Source: Tubiluchus corallicola (taxonomy: Eukaryota; Animalia; Priapulida). From it: a DNA stretch of 64,000 nucleotides. The notes below the pieces were generated by a model. The model was not told where the DNA came from, ran no database searches, and saw only the letters and a list, made by a program, of their open reading frames with translations. The stretch spans positions 232,627 to 296,626 of the forward strand of contig JAQGDQ010000150.1 of assembly GCA_030141605.1 (NCBI GenBank). The letters run 5' to 3'. The translations under genes were made by a program, and so were the position numbers. This document shows, piece by piece, positions 50,331 to 63,896 of this stretch (its first letter is position 1; each line of letters opens with the position of its first letter).

Positions 50331-51856
50331 AGATTTTAGAAATTCTAAAACTAAATGCCAATTCAAATTGGACGAATACCCATACCAGATGCTCTGAACA
50401 TATCGTTAGTAATCACAGCTAAGAGTATATACAACGATAAAAGGGAACTCTATAATAAAATTTGTGTATATTGCATAATTTACGTTTTAAAATAACAAAT
50501 CAATACCATCACGCCTTACGACGCCCAAACAGAGCCAAATGTGTATCCATCCGCTAATTTGAACTTAAACGTCGTATTATAGCCCTTTTACTGTTCACAA
50601 AATGCGAACTAATAAAAGTTTTTACTCAGTAAAGTGTTCACTTTAAAAAACCAAAATGTGCTTGAGTAAAATGCAGTAACTGCAGAAAACATAATTATAA
50701 ATACTGCAGTGAAAGTAGTACCAGAAAATGTAAAATCCTATACGCAGTCGCGGAACCGATATCAACTGCAAAAAGTTGCCGCTGATTTATGAATAATTTA
50801 GTAATTTATACAAATTTGGAAATTTTGTTCAAAGTGTGCTACCAACAAGATGACATTTAGAGATGTTATAACTCAAGCTGCTGCACATATTCTCATATTT
50901 TTATGCTGAGTTTTCTTTACATCACTGTTTTTCAACCTCGCTAGTTTTGTTGGCGATATAGGTTCAGTTGAACCTATTAGCCAATCCTGTTAGCAAATAT
51001 ATTCTATCTTCATATCAAAAGTACGCATGTAGGGACAGACTATTCAGCAAGAGCATAATTGTGCAATATGTCGATATCCCTCGACTTTTTTGCCCATGCA
51101 GTATGTTGATGATATATTATAGTAACTAGCATTGTTGAAATTGAGGTTGTGAAACAAGATGTAACCAAATATCTGAGAAACTTCAATCTAAGTGTGAACG
51201 ACGTAATTCAATCTAAGGATAAATGACGCCAAAATAGAACAATACACAATACAACGTGAAATGGAGAGAGGTCAGACAGATGGATTGGGTTAGATGGATT
51301 AGACATGTCGTTAGATTACCACAGGATTCTCCATTTACTAGTGGTGTTTGCAATATCTAAAAGTCTTTTTTTTACTGCATGGAAAAGCTTTTGAGGGATT
51401 TTTATAAATATTGGGGAGTACAGGCTGTAAATACGACCGACTGTTATTCGTGTATTAAGTTCTTTAACCTGGATGCTGCACAGCAACGCTAATAAAATAC
51501 GAAAGCGATTTAAGCTGCCTTTAACCTATAGTCAGCTAAACCAAAACTGCTGCGAAAGGTCTTACAACAGCAATGGATGCTTTTGTTTTTCCACTATTAA
51601 CTTAACTATAGATGATTCCATGTTAATAAACTTAATTTCACCAAATACTATTCTTATTTTTATGCTTAGAATGTATACCATTTATATGACTGTTTATAAT
51701 ATTAACTTTATACGTTTATAAAATTTGACTGTTTTATTTATATATAATTATGTAACAGTATAAATTTTATGCAGGTATAAACTTATATATTTTATTCGTA
51801 ACTTTTTAAGTTAACAATTATTTTTAATTTTATTTCAACCATGATTTATTGGTGGT

Positions 51857-52221
51857 TGTTGCGTTCTTTCTCTCAGATGGCTCATAGAGAAAACAAGAAA
51901 ACACATTTTCAAATTAGACAGCTTTATTGTGTGAGAATTTCACAATGCAAACTATGAAGGAACACGAAATATGTACAGTCAAGTGATAGGAAAATAGCAT
52001 ACGAGAATGTGAGAATAAACTCTGAGCGGCCAGCTCCACCCTATATATCAGTGCGAATGGACAACACCAGAACAATCTAGAACTTTTTAGAATGCGCATT
52101 GTCGCATTGTATATAGAAAGTTCTAGAATATACAATTGCTTCTACAAGGTAAAAAGATTGGTTCTACTATACTATAGGACATTCTACAATTTTCTATTTA
52201 ATTCTAGTGATCTCCACAACA
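51857..52221 (-). mobile_element. Solo LTR (365 bp)
   Basis: TGTTG...CAACA termini, perfect 5-bp TSD GTGGT (51852-51856, 52222-52226), TATA box (~52042-52048) and AATAAA (51923-51928) in LTR order on -. Confidence 0.85.
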
Positions 52222-52889
52222 GTGGTAAATATATTATAGTTAGTAGGTGTGCATATGTTTTATTGATCATCAGTAATATATTTATCTAACATATACAGCT
52301 TTTTATCTACTAACACTTATGGACAATTATGGAAATATGTCTAACGTAATTTTAATTTTAATTTTAAAAGTATTAAATAATCTATCAATGTAAAAAATAA
52401 ATTCTTATTCTTATTTATATTTATATTTATATCTTTAGTGGTTGTGTAGGTGTCGGGGTTCTAGTGCAGTGTTTTGCCCAGGGGCCTATAATGCTATTAA
52501 CTATATAAGACGGCTCTGCACAGTTTCAGGTGAGATTCAACACATTAAAGTGTCCTATCCTGCAACATAACAACCACAACAAGGAGGAATACAGGTACTA
52601 GATGGAAACAGCATGATGTGTGGTGATCAAACTAGTTCGGACCTGCACAAATGCAAGGTAAAGATCTAATTAGAGCGTATGTTGAAAACAACATTTTTCG
52701 ACAAACATATTTCCAAAAAGTAAAATATACAGACAGCCATTTAGTAATCATCATCTTTTCATTCATGGATAACAACGTGTTATATGTGTCATTGGTATCG
52801 AGCTGGTCGATCATACTTAAATGTATATATATATATACATTTAAGTATATATAATATATATATATGTATGTATGTCATCACAAAGCTAT

Positions 52890-53240
52890 TGAGATAATAC
52901 AGTGAAGGACCAAGGCTAAAGGACATGGAATATTCTGAAAGACCACGATAACTAAACAACCAATCCTTGGAAATTAGGAGGAAGAGAGCAGATCTCCCGC
53001 AGACATATTATCTATATGGCAACGATGGACAAAATTAATTCAGTAAAGGAGATTTATGAATACCTGATGCGAAGCAGTTAAGAGGAACGTGAGAAGCCAT
53101 TGCTGAGAACTGCTTAGAAAATGAGCTAACACCACTTGACATCCAAAATTGGATAAAAATGGAGTTAATTAATGACTGGAACAATCTACCACTAAAGCTC
53201 ATAGAGGCTCTATCGATAAATGTTTTCAAGTCTGATATGT
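52890..53240 (+). mobile_element. Decayed CR1/L2-type LINE 3' fragment
   Basis: LINDWNNLPLKLIEALSINVFKS motif near 53165-53233; upstream part highly degenerate. Confidence 0.45.
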
Positions 53241-53575
53241 GGCCTATTTGTGGTTTACAGTGACAGCCAATATCAGTATAAGTGAAATTTATGATCTGCA
53301 CGAGTTTTGAACTGTTTACTGTTCCGGAGCATGAGCTTACCCTGATGAGTTTTTTATGCCGTATCTATGACTAAGGTAAGATTAGCTTAGCCTCCTTTAT
53401 ATATTTAAATCGGGGGGTGATTTCAGGCGATTTAGCCAGCAGCTGCTCCTTGTTGATATCATCTGTTAGAGCTAAAATTTTGTATTTTATGATTATTTTT
53501 AAATTATAGCCTATATATATAGGTGCTTTAGTTAGGGGTATTATTTTTGTTAGTTGGGAAGGATAGTATGCACAT

Positions 53576-56500
53576 ATGGCCAAAACAGATCACTTAAAAT
53601 TTGTTTTAGGTATTGGTACCGCAGCTACAATTGGCGTAGTTGGTGCTACGTATTTTTACAAAGTACGAAAAAATCGAAGACGTACAGAAGTGTACGAAGT
53701 GGTAATTAAGTATATCTTACCTTATCTATTAATTTTTATGTGTTGTTGTTATGGCCAGACACAAGCCTAGTAAAACGTTTATAACTTATATAAGGTTTCC
53801 AATGAGCATTGACATGTGCATAATAATTAATATTATAGACGGGTATTAAAACTACGAACGCAGATATTCCTACATTCGTTCTACAATTGTGTGTGCATTC
53901 AAAGCCAATATCAGGCTTAAATATCTGTTTAAATGAGCACTTGGATGAGCTCTCAGAATGCTTTGATATAGTAGTTTTATGATCATTAGAGAATTTAGGA
54001 AAGCTGTAAAATACTGTGGGTAGTATAAAGCATAAAGAAGCATATAGCATCAATCACATTTTCACCAGGTCCAAATCATCTTTTCACAAAACAAGGGCAA
54101 TGCAATGCACATTGAAAAAAAACGTTGGAATGACCTGTGTCTGCTTGAAATAGAATAATTTTCAAAGCTAACAGAAACAAAATATGATTTTGAAAGGTCT
54201 CCACTCTGCCTTATGTAGTTTCGTAATTTGCATCACACTTTAACGCTGGCCACTAGTCTAGTCATGGTCACAAACAACCTCCAGACTACAGCTCAAAGAC
54301 ATTATGCTATTCTGCTCTAATAACACTTTCATGTCACGAATTAATAGCTATTGTATTGGCTTAAAGTGCCCTATATCAAAGGAAAAGCTTTGCAGCTTTA
54401 CGGTATCACTTTATCTAATATGTAATAACTGTTTTTAAGGCATTTTTGTATGTTAGAAATATGTGTTTGAATGTTTAGAAATTGTGTCATGTATAGGGTC
54501 TCTAAATGATAAAACGATGAATGAATGCTTAAATTGTAATTGTATGCTTTTGAAAAGAGCTTCTGTTTTAGATTCCAGAGTTGAACCAGAGCAATGTCTT
54601 TATAAAAGATCGGGAAAAGATAGAAACAGTAATATTACAAATACTCCAAGCAGGGAAAGATAAATTACAGGTGCGATTTGAATGCTTTTTCTAACAATAT
54701 GTGATGATTGTGTTTTACTAAACTGTGTGCTTTTTGTCTGTTTTGTTCTGGTTTCATAGATTATCCACATATTTTCATTATTGATCTAGTATAACATGAA
54801 AAATCTGAATTAGGTTAGTTGTGGCCTTGTGGGATGTTTTCCTGTCTTTCAAGTTATTTTGTTTGAGTCTGAAACACAAGTGTAGATACCCAATAGTTTG
54901 CAGCAGCTTTTGATATTGTATGTTTAAATTAGGTGATTACTGACTTTGACCACACATTGTCGAAGTATTCATATGATGGAAGAATTATTCCAACTTGCCA
55001 TGGGATGTTGGAGACCAGTGTTTTACTACCTCAGTCATTTAGGGAAAAGGCAAGTATTAGAAATTCTAATATTGTTTTTTTTACAGTTGCTTTAAGCAGA
55101 TCTTGTTTTTACCATGTTATTAAAATATTGTAATCTTAATGTATTTTGTGCTACGGTAAAACATTTTTTATCTAGAGTTTGTGGAACAGCTAAATCTAAA
55201 ATAATCGATTGTGATGTGTTTTTTTTGTTTGTTTAAAGGCTGTCAAGCTGAAAGAAAAATATTATCCGATAGAGTTTTGTCATGAAATGACAAATGCAGA
55301 GAAGTATCCGTACATGGTTGAGTGGTAAGTGATTAGCTAATATGTAGCTTACATACACATTAAATCCATCACAAGGAAGATATCTAAGCAGGATTTATTT
55401 ATAGGTAAAATAAAAATCACATTTTGTGTTTTCTTTTATAAAAATCTTTATTTGATGATTATTATGGGAACCGCTCTCTGTTTAAGCTGTCCTCTGTCTC
55501 ATAGGAGAGCCAAATTTTATGATTTATTGGAGAGAATTATTATTTGGTTGTACTGCCGCAAATACCATGAAATGCCATAAATGCCATGAAATGATTACTG
55601 AATTGACAGAATAACTTGCTTTGAAGTAGAAAGCCTTTCCCTTTTTTCATGTACATTTTATATGGCCTTTCAAAATATGCACATCAAGCTATAAAACATT
55701 GAGATAAACCAACATAATAGAGAAGTTTTTATTTAATCCGACTTTATATGTAGGTGGACAAAGGCGCATAACTTATTAGTACAGTGCAATGTTAATCGTA
55801 ACACCTTTGCACAGATGGTTTCTGAAGCAGGTTGCAAATTTAGGTAAGAAATTATGCAGTTACTATTAAAAATATTTTATATTCATCTTAATTTACAAAA
55901 AAGTTGTGTAATCCACAATACTGGAGTACAGAATTAATTTTACATGTAAATGTATTTATAATTTTTATAGCCCAACAAATAAATTTGGGCATAAAAATAT
56001 TGTTTTCTTTTTACTGTGGTAATGGCTTGAGTAATAACACTATGTTCAGAGCTGTTATGTTGTTTTTTGTTGATGTTTATAAAAAGTGATAAATCAGAGT
56101 TTACAACAGTGCATTTTTTGTCAGGCATAACCTTGGGGCAATAAACCCATAAACTTCTTGGTATTTCAGAGTTCTTTATTAGTAAAAAAACAAATAATGA
56201 TATAAGAAAATTGCTGTGAAATGAATGCTTCAAGTACTACAAATATTGATTTCCTTGATGGATGACAGAAACATAATGACTAGGTAATTTTTGTAATTTT
56301 TATTCCACTGTTTATTTCATATAACATGTTTATTTTAATGTATAAAAGGATATAGCTTGCTATCCTTTGTCTGACACTCGATGAATATGTCATAGGGATG
56401 GAGCTGACTGGATGTTAAGTGCACTGCATAAAAATGACGTGCCTTTACTTGTGTTCTCTGCTGGAATAGGAGATCTATTAGAAGAAGCTATCAGACAACA

Positions 56501-58098
56501 TCTAACGTTATATGATAACATCAAAATAGTATCTAATTACCTTGAGTATAATGGAAGTGTAGGTATCCATCCTATGTCTCTCGTTCTTTGTAGGTATCCT
56601 ATGTCTCTCATTGGCTATTTTATGCTGTAAGTTGATACTAAAGTGCTAATTGATAAAATTCCTTTGATACCCCTTGCAACGTTGATTTTGTGTTATTTTC
56701 AAAATTTAAAAGATTGTGTTTAGAATATGGTGGATATGTAGCAAAATAAGTTGATTCTTAAACAAGATTAATTTTTTGTAGTTGCAAATTGTGAAAAAAT
56801 TGATCAAAATTCATGAAGTGTTTATTTACCTTTACCATTGTTACTCTTGTTAGGAATTTATTGACTCTTATTGTATTTTAATCATCAAAGTATGGTGTGT
56901 CATGTTTTCGTTTTACAGGGAACTGTAATAGGTTTCAAAGGCACACTAATTCACACATTTAGTAAAAATGAGAGTGCATTACAGAACTCTGAGTATTTTG
57001 ACAATCTTGCTCATCGGCACAATGTAATACTCATGGGTGACTCTGTTGGTGATTTTCACATGGCAGACGGATGTCCAAATTTAGAAAATGTACTGAAAAT
57101 AGGATTTCTTAATCATAACGTAAGTCCATTATGTTATATCTCTTAGTGGAGCAAGTGAGTGTAGCAAGTTTATTTGGCTAATCTGAACCATTTTTTGCCA
57201 TCTTGTGTTATCGAGTAGGCTATATTATAATAATGTTAGATTAAAGTGTACTGCTAACTAGAAGCTTGGAAACATAGCTCCTTTACTCTGATAGACTTTT
57301 ACAATTCATGGGGCTCTGTAAGCTCCAGAATTTTTTTTTTTGAGATACTTGATCGGTTTCATAGAACTGTTGAACTCGTATGGAATTGAAACAGTTAACG
57401 TGTCTTTATAATACCATTTCATGCGCTTACAATACCATCAAACTTTTTTGAGCCTATGTTCAAACTTTTGGTTAGGCCGGTGAACATAATGAAAGCATGA
57501 CATCACTGCTGTAGCTTCCCAGTGGGTAAGGACCTGGCATGTGATTAAACATCTTCGGCCAGGCCCAGAGGTGTGTCTTTTCTAGTCACGTCTAGTAGCT
57601 TGACCTTTGTACCATCTTACGGGTACAAGCACTAAAAAAAGCGATATCCTCTTATTTTAAAATTTTCACTACATTGAGAAATGTAGGCTTTAGTTTGCTT
57701 AAAATCATGGAGTGCCGTCCCCCTTCCCAAATATATAAAGGAACACCACTTCCACATGTTCACACAGCACTGCATCACTGGAAGCTCAAGGTATGCATTT
57801 TAACTAAGACTACTTATTTTTTCTTTTTAGCATGCAACTTGTTTTCTGAATTTTGATTCTGTTTTCTACATGTGAGTTTACACTGTTTTCCACAGTCCTG
57901 CATTTTGAAATTAATGGTTTTGAAATTTCATCACTGCCAGATCGTTTCTTGGTGCCTTAACTAAAGTGATAAACTTAATTGCAGGTAGAAAAGTTACTAG
58001 CCAAGTATCAAGATCTGTACGACATTGTTCTAGTGGAAGATCCAACATTCAATGTGCCAAATGCCATACTGCGCGAGTGTTTGCAAAGGAAGATGTAA
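53576..58098 (+). CDS. NT5C3: Cytosolic 5'-nucleotidase III (pyrimidine / m7GMP nucleotidase, HAD family), 331 aa
   Basis: Exons 53576-53701, 54572-54670, 54933-55049 (GC donor), 55239-55324, 55754-55843, 56396-56558, 56919-57119, 57985-58098 (996 nt). HAD motifs ITDFDHTLS, VFSAGIGD, HTFSK and MGDSVGD; also KYPYMVEWWTKAH and LKIGFLN. Collinear with human NT5C3A/B as recalled. Confidence 0.96.
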
Positions 58099-60283
58099 AT
58101 GAAAAAAATCTGTTAAATATAATTGAAGTACCTGCTATAGGAAGTTTATAATTTAGGTGTGTTGCTAATAGAGTATTAGTATAATATATGTGTAAGAGTT
58201 TTAAATTCCATGTTTGAATTCAGGTTGTTTCATTTTATTATATGTGGTTAGCCTAAATGATGTCAGTTGTTTAGTAATAAGCTAGTCTAATATTTCAAAT
58301 GTTAATATGAATAATGTCACTAGATAAATTAATGTAGGTTTTGTGCAACGTAACACAAGAGATAACTTTCAGCAGCTGCTCATAATTTTAATAAGAATTC
58401 TACACACAAACTATTCATTGAGTAATCTTACGGTAATTCAGCATTCAATTTTTATTGGTACTTCGTCTCATACATAATACAAGTATCTAAGACACTGTCG
58501 TTCTGTGTAATACTTTATCTCATATCTCTACATGCAGCCTAAAGAAAATATTTATGCTTATCTATATTATCCTCAGTGTTTCGGCATTATTATTAACAAT
58601 AATGCTTTCATACAGTAGTTTAAGGTATGTATTAATGCACCTCGTTGTAATGCCAAACTCGCTAAACGCCAACTTTTTTGCAGTCCCTATGTTGGCCGTA
58701 TAAAGAAATTTGACTACTTAGAACATCAAAGCTATGATCATTGAGAGAAATGAGTGAAAGTTAGAAACAGTACTTTGTAACACACTCCTGCCACTTCAGA
58801 ATCATCACCGAGTAGTATAAAGAACTATTATATGATGAGCTGTTTTAAGGCTCATCAGTTCATGTATTTTGTGTCAAGCAGTATTTTGACTATTTTCAGT
58901 GACAACATGGCAAAGCTACAGGCCACTTTTGGCAAGGAGCATTTGAACTTGAATAAACAAAAACCGGAAAAAGCCACATTATTTAACTATCAGCAAAATA
59001 TTTGTTCAGAATGAGTTTTAGAGTGATGTAGCAATTGATTAAAGTTGATGATAAAAAGCAGTTATTGGATGTTAGTCAGCATTGCAGACAATTCAATTCT
59101 AAGTGCTGGCAGTATTAACATCATCGGATGTTCAGTGCCCTGTGTAAGCAGATATTGACATTATTTCTTGTTAATTCTGATAACATTACCATACCATAAA
59201 TTGTGATAATTATTTATGATTGTATGGTACTTTCTTGATTTATAATATTGCTTGTATTCCTCTTATTGTGGCATTTTTATATAGATTCTTTTAACACATT
59301 GATTTATAAGACTGGGGTTCATTGTAACAGTTAGTTTAACATTCGAGGTACTTCTTCAAATGCAAAATTCCTAATATTTGGCTTTTTTTTGAACAGTTGA
59401 CAGAAAACAATTTAAGAGTTCGATTAGAAAACTTAGGATTATGTTGCCAGCATTTTCGCTGCAAAACCTGCAGTCAAGGTATAAAACTCGAATGTCATTT
59501 AAATAGAAACATTTTCCAATTCTCAATTTATGCTGTTTTAGGTAGTTCAGTGAAAAAGTAAATGAGCTGACATTAAAATGTGAATACCATTTGTATAATT
59601 TTTAAAGTTTACAATATCTTCAATGGAATTTTTAGGAAATTGTAAAACGAAATTGATGTGACTGCTTCTCACTTTGCTGGTGGACATGCATAAAGTGCAA
59701 AGTTTATTTCTTCAAATGTGATATAGTACTGTTGTTTTTAGTAAGCAACTTTTTTCTTTCTGCTTTTAGTGTGCAAACTACTTAGCATATGTTCAAAGTT
59801 TATCAATTTTTTGATCTTAGAAAAGCATTTCTAATTTATTCAAGTTTTTATTATTTTTCTACTTCTAGCATTGCTGGGCAGTTTGTTCAAACTACATTTT
59901 TCGACTTTTGTACTGCAGTTATCTTTGACGAGTTTCTATGGGATTCTATAATTGTTTGAGATTTTCCGTTAGCAGAGTTTTAAATTAATTATGATTTTGA
60001 ATAAAATCGTAATGCATTGTCAAGTAAATGTACTTTATTCTTAGTCATGGTACTTTGGCAATCTGCTAGACATCAAACCACCATTCTTTATCAGATACAA
60101 GTATTTAATAATAAAAGAACATTAAAAATAAGTTTTACCGTGGTTTCCGTTGTTTCACAGTCAGCTTTTTGGATAGTGCAGCTTACACTTAGTCTGATAA
60201 ATACTTAGCGTGATGAATATTTCTGAGAAAACCAAACAACAATTATAACTTTTCCAAATGCTTTATTTACAATTTGCATAAAT

Positions 60284-60545
60284 CAGGTGGCGCAAAAAAT
60301 GTGCGGAAGTTTTGATCACGATATTTTAAGAAATAACAAGAAAATAACAGGATCAATTGCTAAAAACAGACAAAAATAAATGACGAAAAAACTTAGTTCA
60401 TCCACATCATACGACTCTGTGTGGCCACTGTACACATTCTTTTTAAGGGAATTCCAGATACCGTAATCCAGAGGATTTAATCCCATTCTTGGCAACAATC
60501 TTTTACAATGCTTTATTTTCTGTAGTGAAGTCCATCGTGGCCTAA
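60284..60545 (-). mobile_element. Tc1/mariner transposase 3' remnant
   Basis: LNPLDYGIWNSLKKNVY matches the SPDLNPLDYxIW motif; a CAGGTGG-type terminus lies at 60284. Confidence 0.55.
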
Positions 60546-61537
60546 AGTTAATGTAAAATAATATGATGATGCGAAATTTCAACTTTGTAGAGCAGTTGCT
60601 TCTAATATTATTGCAGTCTAAACTTTTGCTCATTTTTCTGCACCACCCAATATTACAGCAAAGAGTAGTAAACTTGCTACACAAACTCAAATCAAAATCC
60701 AGCTAAGAGCAGCTTGGGATAAGTTTAACGTGTGGCCTAGCTAGCTAGTGAATAGTCCATACTTGAAAATTACTGAGGATAACTGAAACAGAAAATTTCA
60801 ATTCATTATAAAACAAAATCGCAAGACACCTTACAGGTATTTGCGAAGAAGTGAACCTAAAAGTTCCCAAGTACTCCTTACAATTTTCTTCTGGCAGTTT
60901 TTATGTTTTGTAAAACACTGGTACATGCCGAATGAAAGCTGAGGATGAAGATTATTCTTGATTTTAAGGCAAAACTATCCGAAACGTAATATGGTTCTAC
61001 AATTAACGTCTACAGCTGATACGGCAATAGGTAAAATTACATGGTGATAATATCATATTAAATGAACTGTATACTTTTGCAACAGTAACTAAAAACTAAT
61101 TGGTTTGGAAAAGTCCAGAACAATAAGGAATATCAAAAATTGTAAAAACGGAACATCATAAGCTCATTAAAAGTTTGTGCAAATATGGAAAGTCAATTTA
61201 GTAAAATTTAACGTTACAAAAATAACTTCTGTGGTACAGACAAAAGCTTTTACAAGTATTTGTTGCTGTGTCTATGTGACCTTGCATAAAGGAGAAAATC
61301 GATTCAATAAATGATCATTAAATACAAGCGGTGAGTGATGACTAACAACACACTTTGGCTGAATATAAATGTGCATATAAATTTTCATTTCTAAAACTAT
61401 CAGTTCAGAAAAAATGACCAGAATTTAATGTACTAAAAAACAAAACAAACAATATAAATAATAATAATACTATTGTAGAATATTGTAGAACTAAAGTATA
61501 AATTTAAAAAATTGCAAGTGAGGTTCATAACAGTATG

Positions 61538-63896
61538 TTAATCCAAGCACAACTTGTTCAGCATTTCCAAGGAAGATTGCTGGACTTGCCGAGCTCTCTC
61601 TAAAGCTAAATCGACATCCAGAGATAGTTTCTCCACACTTTTCGATAAAGATTTTCTTCTACAAATTTTAGCTGTCTTCTTCCGAAGACTATTGTGGGTT
61701 TTTTTGGGGCTATCTAAACTACATGTACTAGAGCTTGTATGGCTGAGACTAGGTGAAGCTCTATTACTATGAGGTTTAGGACTAGAACTAAAAGCACCAT
61801 ATTTTTTGCATCGCTCACATTCATAGTTCACGATGCTCAGATCAACATCACTTCCATATCTTTTGCACCGCTTACATCTTTGGTTTATTACGATCTGGTC
61901 AATGCCGTTTCTGACGTTATCTTTATCTTTGGTCAAATTGTCTTTACCCGTATAGAAGGAATCTCTTTCACACGCAGCTTCCAAGTTTCCATGTGACCTT
62001 AAGGAATTTCGCAGATCCACACAACTTGGTCTGTTTCGACAAAAGGCAGAAGCATAATTTAGTTCCGCGTCTCCAAAAAATTGGGCACGAATTTCTGGAG
62101 TTGGAGGATTTGATATTATCACAGGAATGTTACAGCATTGCAGCACACAATCTTTATTATGATTGTCATTCTCCGGACCACCTCGGCACATCTTATGATG
62201 CTCTGCTGAATGTGATTCTGGTGCCCTGCACAGCCTGCAAACATGACAGATTTTGTCATTCCAGTTTGAGTGACAATAAAAGCACTTACACCTTGCTTGC
62301 TTATCCTCTCGACTTCCAACAGTGTCAATATCCGCTTGAGCAAAAACATGGGTTGATCTTGATGGCAGGCAATCATACCGAGATTGAGAAGAGCACTGCT
62401 GGAAGTTTTCCACAGGTGCATGTGTTAATTGAAAAGGTGAACACCTTCCAACATTCTGAATGGAATGGGATTTATTGCATACCTGGCAGGTTGGTTTGTT
62501 AGAGAAGTAATGCTTTGCACTACTTGGATTCACGTCACTATTACTATGGTGAATGCTGTCCTGGTGATGTCTGCTTCCTAATGCATGTGTTGCTTTAACA
62601 GGCATGCCAGGAATGTGGTTGTATGACGACTGAGTTTGCTTCCAACGTGGTTTGACTGGAAATGTGAAAGAACTTGTTCTGAATTTTGGTTTTTGGATTC
62701 CTAAGCCATCTGGCACAAGCTTTGATGAATCAGACCTTTGCAGTGATGAATTTGCCGAGGCCAAGTTTTTCTGACAGGAGCTGCTTTGTTGTATAGAACA
62801 GCCATTATGTGGCAGAGCATATTCAGATACCACATGTGGAATTGTCCCCTTTTTCTTATCACCCATTTTAATGTGGTCAGCATCTAATGTCTTCTTCCAA
62901 TCCATCTCAGTAAGAGATTGACTACGACAGTGCCCTCTATGTGGCCGCTTTAAATTCATAGACACGTTAACAGCATTGTCATGTATTTTACATTGAGCCA
63001 GCTTGTCTCCATTTGGCCCATAGTAATTCCTAGCATTGCACTTATCCATGTACTTATCTGGAGTAGCAAGAACATTTCCTGCTTCACGTAAATTTATTGG
63101 CAAGATGAAACCAGTTGTACTGTTCGGGTATGCATTCGTCGTAGATAAGTGAGAGTCTTCGACATTAACTAGCGTGTGAGAGCTGGATCCGGCAACACTA
63201 CAAAGATGTTCCATAGAAGCTGACCTAACAAGCACAATAATTATACAACTTAATTACTGCTTATCAAAGTGGGTAAAATGTTTTTGGATAATCTCTTCAT
63301 GACAGCAAAAATAAGCAAAAGTGAATGACAATAATAAACTTTTAAAGCAAATCTTGGAAATTCAAAAATTCTAAAAACACAAAATTTTGTTTACTTATTA
63401 ATAATGTAGAACTGGTATAGACAAAATAAATTGTGAAAAATGCAGACTTCTGAAAATGTTCTTCAAGGTCATAAATGTATCAATGTATAAATTCATGCAC
63501 ATAAAAATTCATTTGCTGCAAAAGCTTTGTTAAACATTGCTTACTACATTAAAAAGACAAGTAATCAAGATGATAAAGATAAGTCACAAGACTCATATGC
63601 TAGAAAAATGGATGCAGAGGCAGCAGAGCACAGGTCTTGTTAAACTTTAATAAAAAAAAGCATAACCATAATTATTATAGTGCAGCTACTTTTGAAAAAG
63701 ATAAAACCACAATTTACATCATACTTGACTTGAAAATTCTACCTTTGATGAGCAAGTTCAGCTCTAAGTTCCCTAATTTCATTCCACATTAGATCCATTT
63801 CAGATTTTGTATCAAGTGATACTGGAACTGAATTGCTTACATCATCAGTCATTACATTACGTTGTTCCTTTGCAATATCGCTTGAAGGCATGCAAC
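61538..63896 (-). CDS. Last two exons of an unidentified gene (long Ser/Cys/His-rich C-terminal region); continues beyond the window
   Basis: Exon 63896-63743 (CMPSSD...EMDLMWNEIRELRAELAHQR; AG/GT boundaries, ends in phase 2) joins in frame to 63224-61538 (SASMEH...KLCLD*), an open frame of about 560 codons in AT-rich DNA. No family recognised. Confidence 0.75.

Noticed and set aside
56559-56612. Local duplication of the NT5C3 exon-6 donor (GTAGGTATCC twice)
   Set aside because: The second donor would add 31 nt and shift the frame. It looks like a neutral slippage duplication.
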